A DNA stretch of 63,998 nt, filler included, from Basidiobolus ranarum (GCA_040143965.1; 9 parts of 9 records of this genome joined end to end with filler, not necessarily neighbours in it), one strand, 5' to 3'. Numbered from the whole stretch's first letter, positions 38,488-51,396 are shown. The notes: generated by a model not told the origin, from the sequence alone. Made by a program: numbers and translations.

Positions 38488-39765
38488 ATGTTGGCTGGAA
38501 GTAAGTTCCCTCTCTTTCTAAAAGTTACTTCCTTTCAATGTGTAACCATTTCCCTCCATAGTCAAGAATAGTTTTGGTATCACTAAAAGGGCTGCTAATG
38601 CCTGGAACTCAGTATGTCGATTTTAATGCCGAGCTGTGATTGTAGTACAGGAATTAAACGTATCCATTTTTTCGTAGCGTGTAGGATCCGTCGCTCTTAC
38701 TTCTAGACTTCAGGCTAGAAACCCTCGCGTACTATCAAGGTTCTATAGTGTTAACAAGGAAACTGTCGCTAGAGATCGCTCTACTCTTGGTGTAAGTGAA
38801 ATTGATTTTGTTTGCTCAAACACCTTATCAATAGATATGTATATATACACGTGTACATATGCTAACCAATATAAAACTATCCTACCTAGACATTTACTTG
38901 GAAGAGCGCGGCGTTGTTCTTGACCACGGGTGCCGGTTTATTTTATTATTTCAGCTTAGAAAAGGCAAAGATGAAAGAAGCACAAAGTAGGTTAAATGGA
39001 GAATTTTCCAGTCTCTATTAACTGGCTTTTCTCCGCAAACAAGAAAATGTTGGACTAACATTATTGTGAAATCTTCTCTGGTTTAGAGAAAGTTGTAGGT
39101 GAAAACAAATATTATGGAAAACCTAAGCTTGGTGGACCTTTTGAATTGGTTGATCAGAATGGAAAGGCAGTTACGGATCAAGATTTCGCAGGTCGTTATA
39201 TGTTGGTATATTTCGGATTCACTCACTGTCCCGATATCTGCCCAGACGAGCTTGATAAAATTGGAGAAGTCATCGATGCATTAGGTAAATCATTTATGAT
39301 TCAATTGCTTGAAGAGGTAACTAACCTTTCTTCGATTTATACAGACGCAGACAAGTCGGTTAAGGAGGAGATCGTTCCAATCTTCATTACTTGTGATCCA
39401 CAACGTGATACTGTCGATAAAATCAAAGAATATGTTAAAGGTATACAATTGCTTTATGTATTTCTCAAAAGATGAAGAAACCCGGATTAATGTTGTGATT
39501 CGTGTCCCTAGACTTCCACCCTAAGCTCATCGGTATGACTGGAAACTTTGATCAAGTCAAAAAGGTCGCTAAAGCATACCGTGTTTACTTCAGTATGCCA
39601 CCTAATGTTCAAGAGGGTGAAGATTATCTCGTCGATCACTCGATTTTCTTCTACTTAATGGGTCCCGATGGTAAATTCATCGACTGTTATGGTAAAGAAA
39701 GCACTGCCGAAAGAGTTACTGTACAGATCAAAAAGCATATCGAAGAATATCGCTCATCTCATTAA
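38488..39765 (+). CDS. SCO1: Mitochondrial copper chaperone Sco1/Sco2 (multi-exon; start approximate)
   Basis: GKPKLGGPFEL; YFGFTHCPDICPDEL (CxxxC); DFHPKLIG.TG; DYLVDHSIFFYLM. Confidence 0.95.
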
Positions 39766-40079
39766 ATGCTCTGAATAAGTCAACCGCATCTAGCATTAGA
39801 ATTTTTGTCTTCTATATACGCTCATTTCTCATCAACTGGCTTAGTTTGGTACCTGTGGTGATATGTGATCAATAAATCAGTCAAGTATGCGATATACTCG
39901 ATGCATTGCTAAATGTGTGGAGGATTGGAAGATGTAAGCTAACCCTGAGGATTATGTGCAACCTTAGGCTTCCACATTATATAAATAATTGTAGGCGCAT
40001 TTGTTTTAATGCTCATGTTACGTCATGTTATGATGCTTTATTTCTCCATGGAATCAAGTAATTCACCATTCGAATGCAG

Positions 40080-41579
40080 TTATGTAGTATACTTTAGGAT
40101 TGCATCCGTGAAGTCTTTCAAGCCTTGCTTTGAAGAGCCACCTTCTTTAACCGCCTTTTTCACTAGATTTCTAAGTTGTTCCATTTGTTTTGCTATCGCT
40201 TGCCCTTCATTGGAATAGAATCGATCAATTACATGACTGATTACCGTTGCATCAGCAATTCCATTTTCATCTTTCTCAACTTCTATAGCAACGTGTAAAC
40301 CATCCACCAGAAATCTGGTATTTAATTTCTGCTCCGCAAAGCAAGGCCATGCAATTAGAGGTTTTCCTAGTGAGATGGCCTCAATAGAAGAACCCCAACC
40401 ACAGTGAGTAAGGAAAACACGAACAGCACGATGCGCAAGAACTTTAGGCTGAGGTGACCAACTAACAATAAGGCCCTGCTCTTTCGTATCCTTAAGGAAA
40501 TTTTCAGGGAGTGATGAAGTACAGCCTTCAGGTTGACGTAGCACCCAGAGAAAACGTCGGTTTGTAGAGAGAAGTGCTTGGGCTAAATGATGTATTTGGG
40601 GTTCAGAAAGAACTGCAACGCTCCCAAATGAGATATATATTACTGAGCCCTAGAATGATATTAAATAAATATGGTTCGGTTATTTTCTGATGTTTACAAT
40701 GGGTACTATTTGAGACGCGATACTTACTTCTTCTTGGGTATCTAGCCAGTTCAAACACTGTTCTTCCTCAGAACCGTTTTCGGTATTGCTTATGTTATTA
40801 GCAGAGACACTCCGTTTATCTTGATCAAAAAAGTTCGCCGATAACATGGGCCCTACGGTCCAAATTGGTACACCTTGAGCTTGTAAAACCTCCCCAGATC
40901 TTATAGAGTCAATCACATCTTTTTCCAGTTCATATACGGTATTGCAAATAATTCCTGCCGCATCTTTAACACGCGCTGAGTGTCTCAAAAAATAACCAAA
41001 CATATACTTTGAAGAATCTTGTAAATGAGATGGCAAATCAGAAAGTCTCAGCTCTTTTGGAAAGCCTGAGATATTTATGAGTTTTTTCGACGACGGGGAG
41101 AGGTAGCCATCTTTATGAAAATCTTCTAGTTGAAACATTATTGATAGTAGAGAAGCAGGAGGAGTATAAAAGATGAATCTAGGAACGCTATGACGATCGG
41201 CGATATCCTGAGCCCAACCAAGGAAAGTGTCTGTAATAATAGCTACTAACTTCTTCTTTTCCGATAACTCTATTACCAAATTCTCTAGCCCTTGAGCTAA
41301 AACTGGACCTTCAGTAGCCTCTGCGAGCCTGGGCAGATTATCAGTGCCACCTTCGCCTTCCGGAAGCCCTTCACTAAGACCAACTATCTTGACATCTGCA
41401 ACAAGGTGTGAATGTTCTTTGGCGAGTATCTGTTTTGCACGTGATAGGTAATAAGTTGTAGTCACAAATGTAATTTCAAATGTTGAAAATAAAGCGGAAG
41501 CCAAATGAAGAGCAGGTGTGATGTGGCCCAGAGCGGGGAACGGGAAAATAATGAGATGGGGACGGGAAGTAGCTGCCAT
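40080..41579 (-). CDS. Plant-type family 1 UDP-glycosyltransferase, 2 exons (40728-41579, 40080-40649)
   Basis: PFPALGHITP catalytic His; CLNWLDTQEE/GSVIYISFGS; full PSPG box WSPQPKVLAHRAVRVFLTHCGWGSSIEAISLGKPLIAWPCFAEQ; AVKEGGSS; GTAAGT...CTAG intron. Confidence 0.93.
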
Positions 41580-41750
41580 GATAAATAAATGATATATCAC
41601 GTTGTAACAATGGCACTTATAGTATAATTTATACTTGGACTGTTGAGTTCTCGACACAACCAGATTGTGTTTTACAAACATATATAGATTTTGTAGAAAT
41701 TGATTGGTTATTGCTACGCACACGGGAAAGACTGTGTATGTAACGTAATG

Positions 41751-41766
41751 CTGCGGATGTCCGCAG
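41751..41766. promoter_or_regulatory. Perfect inverted repeat CTGCGGA-TG-TCCGCAG (CGG-N4-CCG) in the bidirectional UGT/DUF1772 intergenic region
   Basis: Palindrome seen directly; CGG-Nx-CCG is the typical Zn2Cys6 site geometry. Confidence 0.45.
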
Positions 41767-41850
41767 GTTTAACGACTTGTTTGAAATCGACTGTATATAT
41801 ATGTCAGGAGTACTAGTGATAAGAAATTAAACTCGCACCACTACAACACC

Positions 41851-42318
41851 ATGAATACTAACTTTGATGCTATCAATTTTCTTCATGTTATCAAAGCAGT
41901 TAGCGTAACTTCTTCAGGCCTTTTTGCTGGCGCAGCGATATACATTACCTATGTGCAACACCCTGCTCTTATGACCGCCTCGCCTAGGGAAATGGTAAAT
42001 CAATTTCAAGTGTTCTACCCTCGAGCAGCCAAATTACAAGCCACTTTAGCGCTCACCGCCATGGTTGGTTCAGCTGGAGCAGCTTATCTCACTGAACGTC
42101 AAATCTATATAATCCCATCTGTTCTATTTGCAACAGTTGTAGGATACACACTCTTGAGCATCAAAAAGATCAATACTCGACTATTGACCATGAAAAAAGA
42201 AGACCCTAGTCCTAATGTTCAGCAACTTATTAAAACTTGGGGCAGAAAGCATTTCGTTAGATCAGTATTATCTTCGGTCGGATTCGGTGTATTGATTTAT
42301 GATGTATTCCGTCGTTAG
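41851..42318 (+). CDS. DUF1772 / anthrone oxygenase-like membrane protein
   Basis: GLFAGAAIYITYVQHPA; four hydrophobic helices; IN.RL...W...HFVRS C-terminal motif. Confidence 0.8.
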   Translation: MNTNFDAINFLHVIKAVSVTSSGLFAGAAIYITYVQHPALMTASPREMVNQFQVFYPRAAKLQATLALTAMVGSAGAAYLTERQIYIIPSVLFATVVGYTLLSIKKINTRLLTMKKEDPSPNVQQLIKTWGRKHFVRSVLSSVGFGVLIYDVFRR

Positions 42319-43038
42319 ATTATTATTCAAAAATTTTGTCGACTAGTTAATAAAGTAAACTCTGATTCTACTTTAGTCAAAAATAAACGATGTCCTTTTC
42401 CGAGCTAGCTTTAATCTGGTAGCGTGGTTACAGAGGGCATTTGCAACAAAGGTGATGGAGTTAATGCAAACACCAATTGTCACTTGGGATTTAAGCGTAT
42501 GGAATTGTTATTAGAGTGAATAAAGATATTCAGACAAAAGTAGAGAACGGTGAAAGATAGAACTTCAGTAACCTTTCGTGTCAGCCTCTATCAGCAATTC
42601 CATTGCTTTCTGACCATATATTAGAAATTATTCCATAAGCATGAAATTCATATTTACGTAGTTCGATAAAGGCAGTCAAGATGCCACATTTTCTAGCCTG
42701 AATCGCGATAAGAAATAGGATTGATGATGACGGCCCTATCGCGATGGATCATAATATATTGCACTAAAGATAGTTGAAGATTCATCTACAGAATAGCTTT
42801 GCCTTTTTTGTAGATTTCAGTTAGGGTTTAGGGTTAGGGGGGATGAAAAGCACCAGATGGTGTAGACTTTATTTAGCTTAAATACTAATCTAAACAAAGT
42901 GACAATCAAGACATCAATCTTTTGAGATATTGTGACAANNNNNNNNNNNNNNNNNNNNNNNNNNNNNNNNNNNNNNNNNNNNTTAATTAATTAANNNNNN
43001 NNNNNNNNNNNNNNNNNNNNNNNNNNNNNNNNNNNNNN

Positions 43039-43149
43039 ACTGTAAGCGGCGAGAGTGGTGTAAGTATAAGAAGCAGTCAACTCCATGTTGATCTGGTTAT
43101 TGATACCTTCCTCAGAGGCAATGGCAAAGTTCTGTTTGGCGAGAGACAT
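43039..43149 (-). CDS. Ferritin, N-terminal fragment cut by contig edge (absent from the ORF track)
   Basis: MSLAKQNFAIASEEGINNQINMELTASYTYTTLAAYS matches eukaryotic ferritin helix A (RQNY...E.AIN.QIN.EL.ASY.Y). Confidence 0.85.
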
Positions 43150-44339
43150 GATATTCTTGAGATACACTATATCAGTTGTTGATAGCTATTTCATAAGAGG
43201 TTTCCACATATTTATATCAGTCCAGGTCTTGTAACAACTGGACTCACCACACCCCCAGTTGATATATTCAATGAATACTTCCCATGATGTGAAATAGTTT
43301 CTTTAAAAGGCAGATCGCTAGATAAGAAATCCTGACTTAACTCAAAACAATAATGTATCTCAAAGGGAAATCCCGGGAGAAATTATTGCGGGGCTCCAGA
43401 TGATTATCATGAATCATCCTTTTACTGCGTGACAGAAAGAAGATCAGTATATTTAGATCATTCCTAGTTTAGGTATAGGGTGGTGCTCACACATATGTCC
43501 ACTACCCTTGATACAAATGTTGTGTCGGGGCGGTTTTGGAATTTAATATGGAATGGTATATAGTGGAACGAAATCCCCAATATTTGTCGTATTTAATTTC
43601 GGAACAATTTAACACTATTAGAGGTAAAGAGTTCTGAGAATTTGAGGTAGATTATTTTGCAATGCAAAATATTTCAAATCAATTTGGACACTTGGGATTT
43701 TCTCAATCGAGTTTGGTTTGAGGTTAGTCGTAGCTATGGAGTTACATATATTTCGCAACTCTTTATTCACCACAGTAGCCAACAAACTAATTGGTACAAT
43801 CATTTTAGGATACTATATTTCTGTAATCACTGAGTATGCCTTGAAAGTCCTTAGTTTGAGATAAATCGGTTACTATCCCATTGAATCCTGTGGCTGTAGC
43901 CTTTTTGTTTAGACTTATATATATATAATTTGAAATTTTAATTTCGCCCATGCATAATTACTATTAACCTCTGATGATAACAGTGCAGTTGTAACAAACC
44001 CCATTATATATATCAAATTGGACTGTATATACTGAATTTTAGAACGATTTAGAACTGTGGGCCTTAACACCTTAGTAGCTGAACCCGTATGGATGAGTTT
44101 TAGTGGGTACCAGTATATTTCCATTAATCAGTTTGTTCTCTACCTCACTGGAAGGTGTGATTTTTGAATTGGTCATTTCTTTTGACCCAAGACTCTGCAA
44201 TTCAATATTCTCAACGCTCTCAGTAGACCAGCTCTGGTTATCCTCATCATTCGTTGACTATTGCAGTTCTAAGACTATTATTGATTTCTGTAAGATATAA
44301 ATAGTTGTACTAAGACTCAAGTAGTTCCACCAGAAGACA

Positions 44340-45520
44340 CTGTCAGAGTATTTGGGAGCCTGGTGGAAGTGTTTTGGAGAATTAGAGAAATTGGTGGTTT
44401 TTCACTTATTGATTTATTGAGTATTCAGTAGACATTTATACTTTTGTCTTGATATAAGAGAACTAGCGTGCATAATGTGTTAAGGAAGGTCCCAGGAACA
44501 TGTGTGCAAAGTTTGGGGCTTCTAGCACAAGTTTAAAAAATCTATATATCTGAGAACTTCGAAGTAGATTCCTCATGAGAATAATGGGTAATATCTTAGT
44601 TCAATATAGGATAACTAAATACTAAGCTATATATGACTATATAGGTGTTTAGGTAATGCTAATTTCAACATGGAGAACTAGAAGAATTGATGGCTTTCAC
44701 TAATCAATTTATTAAGTAGAAAGTTGACGTTTATAGTTTTGTCAAGATGTAAACAAACCAACGTGTAGAATTTGTTAAGAAAAGTCCCAGGAATATGTAT
44801 GCGAAGTTTGGGGCTTCTGGCACAAAGTCTGAACAAATCTATATATCTGAGAACTTCTAAGTATATTCCGATTTCGAATATTTTGTGATATCTTAGTTCA
44901 ATGTGGAATGACTAAATACTAAGCCATATATGCTTAGGCTATTTTATTTTTAACAATCATAACCATCATCCCTGGAGTAAATGAAGTCCCTTAGCATAAT
45001 GGTGCTATGGGGAGCAAGAGTTATGATTCAATGTAAACAAAGCGTAACAGTTGAATATTAATCGAAATATGTCAGAATTAGTCGCCAATGAGTGACCCAC
45101 AGCACTTTGTGTCCGTGGTACAGTATTCTTATTGCTATTCTGATACATCTCAAATAACAGCAATATAGAAATCCTGGTGACTTGGTATTGCTACAAAAGA
45201 CATAGCTTAAGCATCTATACAGTCATATAGTTAGCTACCTAAGTTTCACTATGTTATTATTCAATACCTTCATGAGGAATTTACTATAAATATCTTCACT
45301 ACCATGGATGTTCTCTGATTATATGATTTTCTCAAACTTGTCCAAGAGACCCCAAGCTTTGTACACATGTTCCTAGGATTTTCTTGAACATATTCTACAC
45401 ATTGGTTTATCCTGACAAAAGTATAAACGTCAACTCACATTCAAATAAATCAATAAATGAAAACATCCTATTCTTCTAATTCCCCAAATCACTTTCAACA
45501 ACTGCCAAAATACTTTAACA
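44340..45520. repeat. Non-coding repeat cluster: two tandem direct units (about 44340-44670 and 44670-44940) plus an inverted unit (about 45200-45520); MITE/foldback-like
   Basis: Shared core CC(C/T)AGGAA(C/T)ATGT.T(G/A)C.AAG.TTGGGG at about 44490 and 44786 (+), and at about 45350-45378 (-). Confidence 0.75.
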
Positions 45521-46899
45521 CATATTGGCTGTGGATTTGATGCTTTATATGTGGTAATGAATGAAGTAACCAGGTCTAACAACGACTGATTTTGCAACAT
45601 ATCCAAGATGCTCCAGTATTAACCCATCAATAGGTTAGTGGTAGATCCTAATCCTGACAGTACTGACATTCACAATCTTGAATTTGTTTCTAGAAATCAA
45701 TTCCAACTAATATTACGTGTAGATTATCAAATGTGTTGAAGTACATGCTGGATATGTCAAATTATGGTACTTCTCAAAACAATTACATACACTGAATATG
45801 AGTGAAACTTTATTTAGAGTAAGTGGCTACTTTTGCTATCTAAGCTTGAAATCTCGAAATATGTTATGTCGTTCCTGACTATCCCTAAATATTCAACTAC
45901 AATTAGCTACCGCGGCACATACAGGGTCTGGTATCACTATCAAGTAATTGCTAGAGGAAGAAATACACCGCCGGAATGATGATTGCCAGCTAATAGCTCT
46001 AAAGGAACTTGAGTGGTGACCAACGTAACCATATGTACAATCATGTTGTATAGGATGATCTGATGTAGATTGGTTAGAGTAGTATGGTTAACTTATGTGC
46101 TCCATACTCCGCTCTTCATTAGTATAACTGCACTTGGACACATACAAAGTTGCTCTCTACGAACGTTAGACAAACTCTAGCAGATCGCATCGGCTACATC
46201 TAGCATAGCACTTGATTCTAAGTAAGGATAGTATTTGATATTCAAGTGCCAACGGAGTCTCATTAAGCATTAATCTATCTTACAATTGGAAAGTGTTAAG
46301 TCCTAAAATATGTCGATCTATATCTCACCAAAGAACCAACTGCAGAGAGGTTCGCATATCTAATACCTCTCTAGAGGTGTGCTAATTACGGAATGCATAT
46401 GAAGGAGCCAAGAAGCATTACTTCTTTTAAATAGAATATGATTATGATAGGATTAGTGTATCTGCTCAAATGAAGTAACCACTTTTCGAGATTCATACAT
46501 CTTAACCCAATTTGGTCGAGCTACGGGAGCGAGTATAATCGCAGATAAGACCTGGGTCTCTGCAATGTAAATGGCCTAACCCTTAAGCTGCACCCCAGTC
46601 AGCCATCGAGCGTCGAAACAATAGCCGATAAATGAAAGTTCATATCAGAGTAGTTGTAAAATTATCATAGCCGCATTATTTGTTTGGTAACCGCATTAAT
46701 GTTTCGGATTAATTGGGATATTCTAGGCACTAACTAATAATGGAATACTCTCATTTAGTCTCAAGAAACATGAATGAGCGCAACCCTTAAAATCACTACC
46801 TAGAAGAAATTGCCCTTTCCTCCAGATATTCACTCAGTGAAGATCAATTGCTTATGTTCCGAGCGCAAGTCACAAAATCAGTGGTTTTTATCTACATGC

Positions 46900-48800
46900 C
46901 TGAAACGTACTAGTCATTAGTTGAGGTGGTCTGACGTTGATACCAACGTCAAGGAGTGTCAATGTGCACCCAATGAAACTTTTGAGAGTGGAATTGATTG
47001 GATGCCTCTTGAAATTTACGAAGAATCAAGTTGGAAGATATTCCCTTCATTAATATACATGGATGATCCGTGATTCAGCCAGAGCGCCTGTTTCAGGGGT
47101 TTATGACCTTCCTGTACTTCGGATGATAGCCTGCAATGAGAATACCATCAATTCATTCTGTAACACTCTATATTCAGCGGGGTTTTAGTAGTGTATCACC
47201 GAGAGTATTTCATATGGTCGCAAGGCTGACCAACAAACTTCTATCAAAAGCCGGATTCTCATGGCATATCTTCGCTGAGATACAGCGTTTGTTTCATAAA
47301 TCCCAGATCTCAAAATAACCACCAATGTAATCTCAGCCCCCACATAAGGTATGCAGCCGGGTTTAGTGCAGGGAATAAGTAGACATATGAATCATGTAAC
47401 ATCTAAATCTCCCCAATCCTTGTTCCAGCAGCAATGTTCTAAATACCTAAACCTTGTTTATTACCAGAGTCATTGAAGGTGCCTTGAAGAGGGATGGTCC
47501 AGGTGGATACCGATTTGAAATCAGTACGTCCACTTGGTAAAAAAGGAAATATTGATTTTTAGTATCTCTAAAACTTCTACGAAATACGCCCACAAGTTAA
47601 TTGCGGAAAGTTAGACGTAGCTGGCTTCTTCTGATGATGCTATCTCGTTGGCCACCGATACTGGAAAGCGATGTTATCAGTATAGGGAAGAGCTAGTCAT
47701 AATCTATGAGTAGACCTAAATAGAGATCATTTGGAAGTAATCTCCACATCTCTTGAGCCGAGTCCTTGTCCACTTTGAAGAAATTTATCCAAGCCCATGC
47801 TCCATGGAATAATAATATCGTATGTAGATCCAAATACTTTATTTAAGAACAATCATGCTACAAATGGAGAGGGGTTATAAGACTTTTGGTTTACCAGGAA
47901 AGGGGAAATGGAAGGGTGAGGCTAGGGGCTACAGTGCGAAATGCTGAGCAAGGCATTGAAGAGAAAATTTTCTAGATGAATGACGATCATGTATTTACCG
48001 CATAGATCACTGCTGCATGGTCAGCCTAAAAACCAAGTTGGGCTTTCCATTCAGCATGGTCAGATGTACACAATGAAGACTCACCACCAGCCGAATCAAG
48101 CAATCCATAGATAATTTGGAAAATTAATCCGTGGAACTTCAAAATCGTGTTACGTCAACATTTGATCAGTACTGTCAACAGTGCGGTTGCTTGAGCTATT
48201 ATGATGCGGCGTACCAACGGTCAGTATAGCCTATCCAGTAGCTCCTTCTCCAAAGCTCGAATATCTCCGTATGTTGTTGACCCTCTAAGCTACCTTTCCT
48301 GGGTTACCATTCTACACAGAATATTGGAATATGAATTTGGCACCGGGCTTACAAAGTCTGACAACGTATCCGATCGGACAAAAAAGTGATCGTCTATGGG
48401 GCGTATCTGTTACTCGTAAGACTAGGTTCTATTCCTGTATTGGAGAGATGACCAAAGCGTCAGGTTTTTAAATAACCTCCTTCAAAGCCCACTGGGATTA
48501 AGTTGAGTGAAAGAAATGGGCCTAATTGCTCAAGAAAGCAGGTAGATAATCCTTTAATGTGAAGACACATGTATCATCCATTGGAAAAGAAAGGAGGTTT
48601 GTGAACCTGGTGGGGCTACCAATCTGGAATAATCATTTCTTGAATAGGTACAGATCTCAATTGATTTACATGGGAAGGCTGTAGACAATCGGAGTCTTCA
48701 AGAGAAATGCCACTAATACTAATAATAATATGTAGCAACAAATTGCTATTGGTGCTTTGTCCTTATGCCCGTTGCGACCCTGGTGAAGAACAACCTTGCA
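46900..48800 (+). mobile_element. Possible degenerate non-LTR (LINE) RT remnant
   Basis: Scattered motifs in RT order: IQRGF, SPILV, LASSDDAISL (ADD-like); heavily interrupted. Confidence 0.3.
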
Positions 48801-49696
48801 TCTTTCAGAGTATTCTGGGTCACATAAGTCAGCCTACATTGACCGTAAATGAGCAACTGCCCGCCGTTTGCCTACTGATTTATATGATTGTTTAACATTA
48901 AAGGGACCACAAAGCGATGATGCTGCATCCCTCTTCAATTAAACTAGTGCGACTGGATGCAAACATGAAACCTCCATTTTTCCCTCATAGAGGCAGTCAT
49001 GGAATGCCGGCCAAAATCTAACTCCCTCTATCCTAGATTTCAAGGCTTAATTACCTTGGCAACCCAGCAGGACAGGGTCAATAAGATTCGTGCTCTGGTT
49101 TTATCCTAATCAGTTGGTAACTGGACCGCCATGCTATGCTCATACATGTTTGACATTTATTGTGCTGAGATTGTCAACGCACAGAGCCCACAAAGCGAAT
49201 CGTTAGATACCCATTGATGGTCTCACATCCACAGCTCATGGCCTGTATATTGAAGTCAAGAGTCATCAAAAGCAGTGCTATTACTGACTGATCAAGTATG
49301 ATGGACTAGGGGCGACCTTAAACTTTATTCGAATTGATTTCAAAATGCTATGAGACCCCTTGACTTCGACCGCGATTGGTAAGATTTCTACCAAATCTAA
49401 CAATATCAGACTATTAATGCTGTACTAGGAATATTTCGTGCCGCCCATGTTGCTTGATTGGCCTGATGCAGATATCCAATCAGTCCAATTCGAAGATTGG
49501 CTTCATTTAGAAGAAATAAAAGGTCAAGTGGTGGTGGTCGAGTAGCTAATTAGGCTTCACTCCGTTTCGGTGTATAATTGTACCTTGATCCAAATTGAAC
49601 TTTATTTCTGTATCTCTAGTAGTACAACATCTTCTGCTGTTAACTCTTACCTTTAGAATCAGTATTCTGCTACATAGCCCAAACTCTCTTTTGAAT

Positions 49697-50087
49697 ATGA
49701 ACTTCATCACAAACACTCTCTTTGGTTACAAAAAGATACGCAACATGCCTCAGAGCGTTGTTTCGCCTTATGCTGATATCAAGCCTTCCCAGGCAATGGT
49801 AATGGCTTGCCCACTTACCGATTCCCCCGCACAGGAAGTGACGATCCTAGACATCTTGGGGGAGGAGCGAGTTGAGAGAATCGTAGAACGATTCTACCAC
49901 TATAACCTTACTGATAAGAACACTAAGCTGTTTTTCCAAGGGATAAATGTGGAGCGATTACAACGTATGCAAACCAGATTTCTAGTCCACCTACTAGGCG
50001 GAAAGCCCATCAACCCCCGTAAAATGAGCGCTGGTCATAAACGTTTGCTGGATCTCAACGATAGACACTTTGACGCCGTGTTGGGTA
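49697..50087 (+). CDS. Group I truncated (2/2) hemoglobin-domain protein, 3' end cut by contig edge
   Basis: LGEERVERIVERFY...D....LFF...RLQRMQTRFL..LLGG...MSAGHKRL...HFDAV. Confidence 0.85.
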
Positions 50088-51396
50088 NNNNNNNNNNNNN
50101 NNNNNNNNNNNNNNNNNNNNNNNNNNNNNNNTTAATTAATTAANNNNNNNNNNNNNNNNNNNNNNNNNNNNNNNNNNNNNNNNNNNNATTCCTGCCGGAT
50201 TTGGGAGTGTGCTAATTTCGAAACATGTATATAACACTGATGGTCCGTTTCCGATGTCTTGTAACTTTTGTCTCCGCGGTCGGTTCGTTTTAAAATTTAT
50301 ACCTGAAGTAGAATAATAACAGGGAATAATATCCCTAAAGTTTAGTAATGATTTGTCCAGTAGTTCTGGAGATATTTGCATTTCTTTGCTTGTTTCGGTG
50401 ATTGTGAGACGTGTAGGAAAGGTGTAGATATGAAACTGGGTGACGGGCAAGGTTTGCTTATGCGCTTTATGTGTACGAAATATTGTGTTGATTGAGACAT
50501 TATGTTGTCTCCAAATTTGCCATCGCTTTTGTCTGATAATCCAATTTCGTAACATAATCCTATTTCCTGGTTCTTCGTACCAGTAATACCCTTGCTTGTG
50601 CTTCTAGATTATCCATCTCAACGTTCAATCACTATAAGCATGCTAATAACTTACCTATCTGGATTCTTTAGTTGCATTGAAAATATAAGAGTAAGATGAA
50701 CACAATAAGCATTTATGTTGGCTTATATCGTCTCCTCTATTGATTGTTACCATTTTCCAATTCCTATATTGTCAGAATCAATATTTCAAATACAGATACA
50801 ATATTTAAGGAATAGAGGGCTTATGCGAAATTTTAAAGTAGTTGAAAACAGAAAAATTGGACAGTTAAAGTATATTTTTACAACTGTGAAAACTTGAAGA
50901 GCCAGCCTTGCTAAACATACTGTGATAATACTCGCTGTGTGTATTTTGACAAGGCAATAATGAAATTGATGAGTCTCCTGCAGGTCCAACAATAGTACAA
51001 AGATTGAGTGACGGTGCGTAACAAGATGACTATGAACAGTGTTATGGAATACAGAAGTTGTCAACCTTTCACTGTCTGAAAGCAATATCACAGTAGGTAG
51101 CATACATTAAAATACTGAAAGCTAGATATTGATTTTGTGTGAGATCACTAAGTGAATTGGCATAGAAGAAATGAATGAAAGCCTTTGAAATATGATACAA
51201 AGAGACGAATATTGTTAGCGAAGGTCAATGATATTTACTGAAGATTTATATAAAGGCAGTATAAAATTAGTAGTGGTAGATGTATAGTTCATATACTGTC
51301 ATTTAATGACCATGTCCGATGTTCAAATAAGATTCAACAAATCTCCATTTACTGTAATACTGGTAGAAAAACTCACTGCAAGAGATTAAAAAGTAG

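Noticed and set aside
38488-39765. Functional link between SCO1 (copper chaperone) and the putative Cu-binding peptides
   Set aside because: Different contigs; SCO1 is an ordinary mitochondrial housekeeping gene
42820-42841. Telomere-like GTTAGGGTTTAGGGTTAGGG (also CCCTAACCCTAA near 31149)
   Set aside because: Only 2-3 imperfect units and not terminal; insufficient for a telomere call
43150-43200. Iron-responsive-element-like hairpin in the ferritin 5' UTR (GATA-TAGTG-TATC on minus strand)
   Set aside because: Loop is not canonical CAGUGN, the stem is only 4 bp and there is no bulged C
50188-50770. Possible spliced minus-strand gene fragment (..GYYWYEEPGNRIMLRNW..)
   Set aside because: No recognisable domain, no consistent upstream exon, and truncated by the linker
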